From Candidatus Sabulitectum sp. (GTDB lineage: Bacteria; Fermentibacterota; Fermentibacteria; Fermentibacterales; JCC-6): 64,000 bases of DNA. Below the pieces are notes generated by a model, which did no database searches, was not told where the DNA came from, and worked only from the letters and a program-made list of their open reading frames with translations. Location: NCBI GenBank assembly GCA_021107435.1, contig JAIOSV010000109.1:6161-70160 (forward strand), in the 5' to 3' direction. Positions 56,592 through 64,000 of this stretch are shown here, in pieces. The position numbers and the translations under genes are program-made. Position 1 is the stretch's first letter; each line of letters begins with the position of its first letter.

Positions 56592-57515
56592 ATGAGGGTA
56601 TTAGAAAAAGTCTTCCTGAGTACTGTTGCCAGTGAATCATTGCTTCCCCGGGGAAGTCACATAACTGCAGCTGTGTCCGGCGGCGCTGATTCTGTTGCCT
56701 TGCTGTATCTTCTTAACAGGTTTGCACATGGCAGGGGATGGCAGGTTGACGTTCTTCACATCAATCACCGGCTTAGGGTCACTTCAGACTGTGATGAATC
56801 CTTTGTGAAGAATCTGGCTGAACGGCTTGAGCTTGAATTTCGCTGTGAGCATCCGGAATCTGACACAGGTGGATCCATGGAGAGCAGATGGAGTTCTATT
56901 CGACAGAGCATCTACCGGGAGCAGACGGGAATCGTTGCTGTAGCGCATACCGCAAGTGACCGGGCAGAGACAATTCTGATGAGGCTTTTTGAGGGAGCAG
57001 GGCTTCGCGGGCTTGGCGGCATGGACTACAGGGGGGTTGGATCAGTCTGCAGGCCCATGCTGGATATGCACAGCATTGAGATAAGGAACTGGCTTAAAGA
57101 GAAGGGTCATAACTGGGTAGAGGACTCCAGCAACCGGGACATGGATGTGTCAAGAAACAGATTAAGGCTGGGCGTAATGCCTGTGCTGGAGGATCATTTC
57201 CCGAAAGCAGTACCCGGCATCTGTCGTTCCGGCGCTCTTTTGAGCAGATGGAGGGATCTGCAGGATCAGCTTGAAGGGTTTACCGGAGGCGACTGTGTCG
57301 CGAGAAAGGAACTTACAGAGATGCCCGGTGTACTGGGAGCTTTGACGCTTTGGCAGATGGCAGGGAAACCAAGAAATGGATTTGATGAATTTCAAAAAAT
57401 ATTGGATTGGCTCAACCGTGGAGGAAGAGGGAAACACATTCTTCCAGGGGGGAAAAGACTTGTTGCGGAGGCTGACCTGGTTTACGTTGAGACCAGAGGT
57501 CCCGGGAGGTTCTGA
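56592..57515 (+). CDS. tilS: tRNA(Ile)-lysidine synthetase
   Basis: The PP-loop reads ITAAVSGGADSVALLYLL. I placed the start at ATG 56592. The ORF track start at 56406 would overlap the divergent gene. Confidence 0.85.
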   Translation: MRVLEKVFLSTVASESLLPRGSHITAAVSGGADSVALLYLLNRFAHGRGWQVDVLHINHRLRVTSDCDESFVKNLAERLELEFRCEHPESDTGGSMESRWSSIRQSIYREQTGIVAVAHTASDRAETILMRLFEGAGLRGLGGMDYRGVGSVCRPMLDMHSIEIRNWLKEKGHNWVEDSSNRDMDVSRNRLRLGVMPVLEDHFPKAVPGICRSGALLSRWRDLQDQLEGFTGGDCVARKELTEMPGVLGALTLWQMAGKPRNGFDEFQKILDWLNRGGRGKHILPGGKRLVAEADLVYVETRGPGRF

Positions 57516-58063
57516 TGAATGTTAAGTATGATGTTCTGGTAAGCGCTTCTGAGATTTCGGAGAAAATCATGGAACTTGGTGTTGAACTGACCGAGTTGTA
57601 CGCGGGAGAGGAAGTTGTTGTAATTCCCCTTCTTCGGGGAGCTTTTATGTTTGCGGCAGATCTCATAAGGGTGATGGATGTGCCTGTTCGGGTAGAGTTT
57701 CTGGGCGCTGCCAGCTACGGGGCAGAGACAGTTTCTTCAGGAGAAGTCCGTCTGACTCTTGACACTTCTTTTCCTCTCCATGACAAGAATGTGCTTATTG
57801 TGGAAGATATTGTAGACACCGGCCTTACGCTGGCGTATATTCAAAAATTACTTAAATCGAGAAACCCGAGATCAATCCGCAGTGTTGTTCTTCTGGACAA
57901 ACCATCGAGAAGGCTGGTGGAAGCGGATTTGCATAGAACCCTCTTCACAATCCCCGACAAATTTGTTGTGGGGTACGGGCTGGATGGCCCCGGCGGCTTC
58001 TGGAGGAATCTGCCTGATATTGTTGCGCTGAGGGAAGAAACGGAGAATACGCACAGTGAGTGA
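57515..58063 (+). CDS. hpt: Hypoxanthine phosphoribosyltransferase
   Basis: The PRPP motif reads VLIVEDIVDTGLTL. GGGAGG lies 6 nt before the ATG, which overlaps the tilS stop by 1 nt. Confidence 0.9.
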   Translation: MNVKYDVLVSASEISEKIMELGVELTELYAGEEVVVIPLLRGAFMFAADLIRVMDVPVRVEFLGAASYGAETVSSGEVRLTLDTSFPLHDKNVLIVEDIVDTGLTLAYIQKLLKSRNPRSIRSVVLLDKPSRRLVEADLHRTLFTIPDKFVVGYGLDGPGGFWRNLPDIVALREETENTHSE

Positions 58064-60092
58064 AAAGAAAACACCTCCAGATAAGAAGAAGATTCCGATA
58101 CCAACTCCACCTCCCGGAATGGGGGGGTGTACTTTTCGAACAATTACAATGTGGGTTATGCTCGGGCTTCTTGCATATGTGCTTGTGATCTTCCTTGGGA
58201 CAGGTTCAGACAGAGCCTCTATAACTTATTCCGAACTGCTGGAGTATGCAGGCCAGGGAAAGGTGGAAAGTGCTGTTCTTTCCACCGGTGGAGATGTTGA
58301 GGGAGAGTTCCGCTCTCCCCAGATTATTGGCAATGGTGAAAGTACACAGGAATATCTGAAGTATTCCAGTTTTGTACCGTTTGAGGACTCAGGTTCCATT
58401 GATCTGCTCAGAGAGCATGGCGTGGATGTATCCGGCAGAGGACCCAATGGTTTTCTGGCAATACTGATCAATATCGGCCCTATCCTTCTTTTCATCATTC
58501 TGTGGATATTTATAATGAGGAGAATGTCCGGTGGAGGGCAGGCATTCAGCTTCGGCAAGAGCAAAGCAAAGCTTATCACCGGTGATCATCCCAAGAATAC
58601 ATTTGAGGATGTGGCCGGATGCGATGAGGCAAAACAGGAACTTGAGGAAGTAATAGAATTCCTGAAGGAACCTGCCAAGTTCCAGAAGCTGGGTGGTAAA
58701 ATTCCCAAGGGTGTTCTTCTAATTGGACCTCCGGGAACAGGCAAGACCTTGCTGGCCCGCGCGGTTGCAGGCGAGGCTAAAGTTCCTTTCTTCTCAATGA
58801 GCGGATCAGATTTTGTGGAGATGTTCGTTGGAGTGGGAGCCAGTCGAGTTCGGGATTTGTTTGTACAGGCCAAATCCAAGTCTCCAAGCATTATTTTTAT
58901 AGACGAGATTGATGCAGTAGGCAGGCAGAGGGGAACAGGTCTTGGCGGAGGGCATGACGAAAGGGAACAGACCCTTAATGCTCTTCTTGTTGAAATGGAC
59001 GGATTCGCCGATAATCAGGGCGTTATTGTTATTGCCGCCACCAACAGACCCGATGTTCTTGACGCTGCCCTGCTTCGGCCTGGACGCTTTGACAGAAGAA
59101 TCACAGTTGGTATGCCCGATGTTAAGGGTCGTGAGGCGATTCTGAAAGTGCATACCGTCAAAATGCCTCTTCACAAAGAGGTTGAGCTTTCCGTAATTGC
59201 CAGGAGAACTCCCGGTTTCAGCGGCGCGGATCTTGAATCACTGGCCAATGAAGCAGCCCTTCACGCAGCCAGGAGAGACGCGGATTCCATTGAAATGCGT
59301 GATTTTGAAAATGCTGTTGACAGGATTATCATGGGCATAGAGAGAAGAAGCATGGTTATGACAGAGGAAGAGAGAAAACTTACCGCTGTGCATGAAAGCG
59401 GTCATGCCATTGTCAATGTTTTCAGCCCTCAATCAGATCCGTTCCACAAGGTAACTATTGTACCTCGCGGTCAGGCACTTGGCGTGACCAGCTTTCTGCC
59501 CAAGGCCGAAAGGCATAACTATTCATTGGAGTACTGTAAAACGGTACTGGCGCGTCTTCTGGGCGGTCGTGGAGCGGAAAAACTGTTTCTTGACACCATG
59601 AGCACCGGTGCCGGGAATGATCTTGACAGAGCTACTGATCTTGCCCGCAAGATGGTTTGCAACTGGGGAATGAGTCCTGAAATCGGTCCTGTATCTTTCT
59701 CTGAAGAACACGGTCCTGTATTTCTCGGTCGTGACTTCGCGAGAACAAAGAGTTACAGCGAGCACACAGCCCGCGTGATTGATGATGAGATAAGGCGAAT
59801 CATGGGTGAGGCCTACAAGGCAGCTCTGGCTATTCTTGAGGAGAACAGGGATATTGTTGAAAGGCTCTCAGAGGATCTTCTGGAAAAGGAAACTGTTTCC
59901 AGTGCGGAGATAAAAGAGATGCTTGCTGAGCTGCGACCTGGAATGGATTTCCCCGGGCTGGATTCACCTGATTATGATGAACCCCCAACTGAAGATAAAG
60001 AGGATACCACTGAGGAGGTGAACAATGATGGACCTGAAGAAAGTGGAGCAGGGAGTGAGGCTGATCCTGGAGGGGATAGGGGAGAATCCTGA
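58056..60092 (+). CDS. ftsH: ATP-dependent zinc metalloprotease FtsH
   Basis: Walker [12 protein letters not shown], the SRH motif and the Zn site HESGHAI are present. GTG start. Confidence 0.95.
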   Translation: MSEKKTPPDKKKIPIPTPPPGMGGCTFRTITMWVMLGLLAYVLVIFLGTGSDRASITYSELLEYAGQGKVESAVLSTGGDVEGEFRSPQIIGNGESTQEYLKYSSFVPFEDSGSIDLLREHGVDVSGRGPNGFLAILINIGPILLFIILWIFIMRRMSGGGQAFSFGKSKAKLITGDHPKNTFEDVAGCDEAKQELEEVIEFLKEPAKFQKLGGKIPKGVLLIGPPGTGKTLLARAVAGEAKVPFFSMSGSDFVEMFVGVGASRVRDLFVQAKSKSPSIIFIDEIDAVGRQRGTGLGGGHDEREQTLNALLVEMDGFADNQGVIVIAATNRPDVLDAALLRPGRFDRRITVGMPDVKGREAILKVHTVKMPLHKEVELSVIARRTPGFSGADLESLANEAALHAARRDADSIEMRDFENAVDRIIMGIERRSMVMTEEERKLTAVHESGHAIVNVFSPQSDPFHKVTIVPRGQALGVTSFLPKAERHNYSLEYCKTVLARLLGGRGAEKLFLDTMSTGAGNDLDRATDLARKMVCNWGMSPEIGPVSFSEEHGPVFLGRDFARTKSYSEHTARVIDDEIRRIMGEAYKAALAILEENRDIVERLSEDLLEKETVSSAEIKEMLAELRPGMDFPGLDSPDYDEPPTEDKEDTTEEVNNDGPEESGAGSEADPGGDRGES

Positions 60093-60597
60093 TCGGACGG
60101 GAATAGCAAGAACCCCTGAAAGGGTTGCACTGTCCATGGCTGAACTCTGCCGGGGGCTTGATCCCGAATCAAGGAGTCCCATGACGGTCATGAGTGAAGC
60201 AGATCAGAATGAGATGATTATAGTGAAAGACATCAGCTTCTCATCAATGTGCGAGCACCATCTTCTTCCATTTCTGGGCAGATGTGATGTTGTCTACCTT
60301 CCGGCGGATGACAGGATAGCCGGTCTCAGCGCGATTGTTGAACTTGTGGAGACTCTTGCCGCAAGACCAACAATTCAGGAGAGACTCACCACTGAGATAG
60401 CGAATACCCTGATGGATGAGCTTAAGGCAAAAGGTGTCATGGTGGTCATGGAAGCCGAGCACATGTGTCTGGCCATGCGGGGAGTAAAGAAAAGAGACAG
60501 TCGTATTGTTACCAGTGCCATGCGGGGGTATCTGAAACGCCCGGAGACAAGAAGCGAAGCCCTTTCTCTTATTGGAAGGAGCACCAGGGGCCGGTGA
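60025..60597 (+). CDS. folE: GTP cyclohydrolase I
   Basis: [17 protein letters not shown] and CEHHLLPF motifs. It overlaps the low-complexity ftsH tail by 68 nt. Confidence 0.9.
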   Translation: MMDLKKVEQGVRLILEGIGENPDRTGIARTPERVALSMAELCRGLDPESRSPMTVMSEADQNEMIIVKDISFSSMCEHHLLPFLGRCDVVYLPADDRIAGLSAIVELVETLAARPTIQERLTTEIANTLMDELKAKGVMVVMEAEHMCLAMRGVKKRDSRIVTSAMRGYLKRPETRSEALSLIGRSTRGR

Positions 60598-61790
60598 GTT
60601 CCACAAGGCTGCTCAGCTCAGGACGAGGTCTTCCATGGGAAAGCCTGATTGATCTTGTTGGAGCTGATACCGGCTGTCTGCCGAGGGTCAGTCTCAGAGA
60701 CAGAATCATCACAATAAGGATAGATGAGTTGCCATGTCCGGCAGCCTCTATCTTGAAGCAATGCATGCTTTCCGGCGGCGCGGACGCTCTTGTGCACAGA
60801 GAGGTCTTAACCTGCAGAACAGAAGAAACAAGAGCAGTTGTTTACGGTACACCGGCAACTCTTCTCCGGGGCTGTGATTCTCTGGACGGTCAGCCATTCA
60901 ATTTGGGCGCGGTAGCCAACAGATTAAGAGAATACATAGCAAAAGATACCAGACAGGATTTCCTTCTTGTAAACAAAAGGAAATTGGTTTTCTCGGAAAC
61001 TCCACTCATCATGGGGATACTGAATGTCACCCCCGATTCATTCAGCGACGGAGGAAGCTACTCCTCTCCGCGAGACGCGGCGAATAAGGCTGTTGAAATG
61101 GAAAAGGCAGGTGCGGCAATTATTGATATCGGTGGCGAATCCTCCAGGCCCGGGTCAAAGGCTGTTTCAGCAGAAGAACAGCAGGCACGTGTTGTCCCTG
61201 TTATTCAGGCGATTAGAGAACGCACCCAGGTACCCATCAGCATAGATACCTGTACTCCTGAGGTAGCGGAAGCAGCCGTGACAGCAGGGGCTGGTATGAT
61301 CAATTCCATTGACGGAATGGAATCGCCAGGTATGGCGGAACTGGCGGTTTCCATGGGACTGCCCGTGGTCATAATGCACAAGAAGGGCGCCCCTGAAACA
61401 ATGCAGACAAATCCATTCTACGGGGATGCTCCCGCGGAGATTGGGCATTATCTTCTCTTCAGGGTTGAAGCTCTTGTAAAAGCAGGCATACCCAGGGAGA
61501 TGATTCTTGTGGATCCAGGTATCGGGTTCGGGAAAAGACTGGAAGACAACCTTGTTCTGATCCGCTCACTTGAGTGGATTGGATTTCTCACCGGCTGCAG
61601 GGTTCTGCTCGGTCATTCCAGGAAGAGCTTTTTTAAAGGCATTGCCGGAATAGATCAGGCTGACCGGAGGGATTCTGTCACTCACATCGTAACAGTGATG
61701 AGCGACGGCGCGGATATGGTCAGGGTTCATGATGTACAGGGAACAGCAGCGGCCCTTAAGGTCTCCGCCGCCCTTTGGAGAACTCTATGA
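60594..61790 (+). CDS. folP: Dihydropteroate synthase with an unassigned N-terminal extension of about 145 aa
   Basis: The pterin-binding domain reads IMGILNVTPDSFSDGG...DIGGESSRPG...DPGIGFGK. The probable start is GTG 60594, which overlaps the folE stop (GTGA). The ORF track start at 60465 lies inside folE. Confidence 0.8.
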   Translation: MSSTRLLSSGRGLPWESLIDLVGADTGCLPRVSLRDRIITIRIDELPCPAASILKQCMLSGGADALVHREVLTCRTEETRAVVYGTPATLLRGCDSLDGQPFNLGAVANRLREYIAKDTRQDFLLVNKRKLVFSETPLIMGILNVTPDSFSDGGSYSSPRDAANKAVEMEKAGAAIIDIGGESSRPGSKAVSAEEQQARVVPVIQAIRERTQVPISIDTCTPEVAEAAVTAGAGMINSIDGMESPGMAELAVSMGLPVVIMHKKGAPETMQTNPFYGDAPAEIGHYLLFRVEALVKAGIPREMILVDPGIGFGKRLEDNLVLIRSLEWIGFLTGCRVLLGHSRKSFFKGIAGIDQADRRDSVTHIVTVMSDGADMVRVHDVQGTAAALKVSAALWRTL

Positions 61791-62596
61791 ATCTACTGGG
61801 TCATCCTCTTCTGTCCTCTTTCTGGCTGATTCAGATCCTTGATATAGCTCTTATTACCTATCTTGTCTGGCTTCTTCTCAGAGCCATCTGGGGTCAGCCT
61901 GTGATGCGTGTAATTATCGCTGTGGTTCTGGTGTGGGGCGCAAGTGTTCTGCTTAACGCAATTGGCTTCTACTCCATCGGCCTGATAACAGGAAAACTGG
62001 CTTCAGTAATAATTTTTGCTCTGATTGTGATTTTCAGCCAGGAAGTGAGGGACATTCTCACTCGCTTCGGACGATACCTCAGCAGGATAGAATTTTTGAA
62101 CTTCAGGCATCATCAGACCGATGATGATACAATGAAATCGGTGGAAGCAATTCTTGAGACATGCAATTATTTGAAGGAGAGAGGATACGGAGGTTTGATG
62201 GTTCTCACCCGGGAGGAGAACATCACCCCTTACTGCAAAGACGCTCACGATCTGAATGACCTGCCGGTCAGTGCGAAATATCTGGAAGCTTTTCTGACTC
62301 CGCCGGGTCCGTACCACGACGGAGCCATCATTATTAAAGGAGACAAAATTGCAGTGGCTCGGGCAATCCTGCCTCTGACCCTTCCGGGCGCCGATACCAT
62401 TGCCCTGGGGACAAGGCACAGGGCCGCGAAGGGGCTTGCTGAAAGAACTGACGCAGTAGTTGTTGTGGTCAGCGAAGAGACAGGAAGGCTCCGGCTGGCC
62501 TTCGATGGAAAATTGACAGGGCCATTCTCTATGGAGACCCTGAGAGAACAACTCTACAGGCTGATGCGGTTTTCAAAAAAAAAGGAATCACGATGA
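61775..62596 (+). CDS. cdaA: Diadenylate cyclase (c-di-AMP synthase) CdaA
   Basis: Three N-terminal TM helices are followed by a DAC domain (YHDGAIIIKGDKIAVARAILPL and GTRHRAA). Confidence 0.85.
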   Translation: MENSMNLLGHPLLSSFWLIQILDIALITYLVWLLLRAIWGQPVMRVIIAVVLVWGASVLLNAIGFYSIGLITGKLASVIIFALIVIFSQEVRDILTRFGRYLSRIEFLNFRHHQTDDDTMKSVEAILETCNYLKERGYGGLMVLTREENITPYCKDAHDLNDLPVSAKYLEAFLTPPGPYHDGAIIIKGDKIAVARAILPLTLPGADTIALGTRHRAAKGLAERTDAVVVVVSEETGRLRLAFDGKLTGPFSMETLREQLYRLMRFSKKKESR

Positions 62597-62889
62597 GGGA
62601 AGAAGCACTAGCAAGAATCAGTAGAGCAACAGCAGATCTCCCGGAAAGATGGCGGGAAGTTCTGGAAAACACTCTTCTCAACGCTGAATTCCCAAGCGAA
62701 GCCGAACTCCTTATCCAGTCAGCACTTGCCGTCCATGCAAACTACCCTCCCGGTACGGAACCCGCTGAAGCAATCCTCGCCGGTGATGCTTTCACACCCA
62801 TGGCAATAGAGTCTATGCTGGATAACAACCTCTCCCTGGCAGAGATCGAAGAGTTTCTCTGCAGGGTCGCTAAACTCTTTGACAAATAA
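62593..62889 (+). CDS. Small acidic hypothetical protein coupled to cdaA
   Basis: 98 aa. Its start overlaps the cdaA stop by 4 nt. It is helical and acidic and has no TM helix. Confidence 0.4.
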   Translation: MREEALARISRATADLPERWREVLENTLLNAEFPSEAELLIQSALAVHANYPPGTEPAEAILAGDAFTPMAIESMLDNNLSLAEIEEFLCRVAKLFDK

Positions 62890-63318
62890 CTCCTTAAGGC
62901 TGAGCATGGTAAAAATCATGAAGAAACTCACCACGCACAAAAGCGAGCCGGAAGAGAGGCAAGAGCAAAGCGGCAGGAAATGTATGAGTGGGTTTTCATG
63001 AACGGAAAACAGGTCAGGATAAAGAGAGAACCCATGATTGACGGGATGACTGTTGACGAATTCATCCTGCGAAACGCCGATCCGATCTGGCTGCATCAAA
63101 ATGAACTGTGGCATCTCATGGAACTTGAAGAGAAAACTGATGATGGTGATTGAGAAAGACTGATTTCCAATATCAACACTGGCACGCGACTGAAATTCGG
63201 TAGGGCTAAATTGTTCTGTACATGTATGGATTTCGGGTTAACGGTGAGAAACACTGAAAAATATTCTTAACCAGTAAACTTAATTGCGGTAAGGACATCC
63301 TCTTGACAAAAAGGATGA

Positions 63319-63993
63319 ATGCATTATAAATATGAACGAATTATAAACATGAACATATTCACGAAAAGAGAAAAAATGAGCTTAAGGGAAAAAAGAAAAA
63401 GAGATACGAGGAAGTCCATTATGAATTCTTCCAGGCATCTTTTTTTTACAAGTGGATACAAGGCTACCTCTATGGGAGAGATCGCCGGGCATTCCAGCGT
63501 GGCGGTCGGTACTCTGTACAACTACTTTAAATCAAAAGGCGAGATCATGCTTGCAATCACCAATGAAGATGCAACTGATCTTTTTGTTCCTGTCAGCAGT
63601 TCAGAAATGGATGCTTTGAGTGTTGAGGATCTCATATGGCAATTCACAGATAAGCTTATCGGCTTTATTTCAGCTTATCCCAGAGAGTTGGTGAAGGAAC
63701 TCATTGGTGTTTTCTGGGATGAAGGTCAGGAAAACTTAAGCAATGGTCTTACCTCATTAGACATTCGGATAATGTCTCAGATCACTCAGATGCTGAGAAT
63801 TCTTAAGGAGAGTGGGAGAGTAAAGGAAGAAACTGATCCGGAGATAGTTGCTCTTGCCCTTTACGGGATGGCCACCACAGCAGTGATGTGGTACTCGGTT
63901 GACTCGGAGAGAACACTGGAAGAGACTCAGGAGACTATTGCGGCAATGATAGGACACTTCTGCAGGGGTATTTTACCGGATGGAGGCTCATGA
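63319..63993 (+). CDS. TetR/AcrR-family transcriptional regulator
   Basis: The HTH region reads RKSIMNSSRHLFFTSGYKATSMGEIAGHSSVAVGTLYNYFKSK. The true start is probably downstream at ATG 63349 or 63376. Confidence 0.75.
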   Translation: MHYKYERIINMNIFTKREKMSLREKRKRDTRKSIMNSSRHLFFTSGYKATSMGEIAGHSSVAVGTLYNYFKSKGEIMLAITNEDATDLFVPVSSSEMDALSVEDLIWQFTDKLIGFISAYPRELVKELIGVFWDEGQENLSNGLTSLDIRIMSQITQMLRILKESGRVKEETDPEIVALALYGMATTAVMWYSVDSERTLEETQETIAAMIGHFCRGILPDGGS

Positions 63994-64000
63994 TATGACA

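Noticed and set aside
1-64000. CRISPR arrays, rRNA genes, IS elements or integrases
   Set aside because: No regularly spaced short direct repeats were seen. I found no 16S/23S-like conserved blocks, no transposase or integrase motifs (DDE, tyrosine-recombinase R..H..R..Y), and no terminal inverted repeats.

Overview
This 64-kb window looks like chromosomal DNA from a bacterium using the standard genetic code, at roughly 50% GC. Shine-Dalgarno sites, 4-nt ATGA/GTGA overlaps between genes and rho-independent terminators are all readable. A T9SS C-terminal sorting domain and a PorX/PorY-like two-component pair point to an FCB-group (Bacteroidota-like) lineage. Housekeeping genes are gdhA, rex, xth, tsaE-tsaB, a rimI-punA fusion, folC, tilS-hpt-ftsH, folE-folP-cdaA and two tRNAs. 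Accessory content includes the following:
- a cation-chloride cotransporter-like APC permease;
- a SagB-type dehydrogenase next to two paralogous small membrane proteins, one carrying a homopolymer frameshift;
- an adenylate cyclase-STAND ATPase-TPR protein;
- a tandem triplication of a secreted protein family of unknown function, next to a lipoprotein;
- a toxin-antitoxin islet with an intact mazEF pair, an RHH antitoxin plus an amber-interrupted PemK toxin, and a degraded remnant;
- a YtrA/GntR-ABC transporter operon whose operator and 5' end are duplicated on the far side of a CotH-LTD-T9SS cargo gene;
- a PLD-nuclease gene translationally coupled to a Tim44/zinc-ribbon/TerB membrane protein, which may be a defense module;
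- a hybrid sensor kinase, a LarA-like gene, a pseudopilin, and an APC permease fused to a PTS-EIIA(Ntr) domain.
No rRNA, CRISPR array or recognisable transposase was found.
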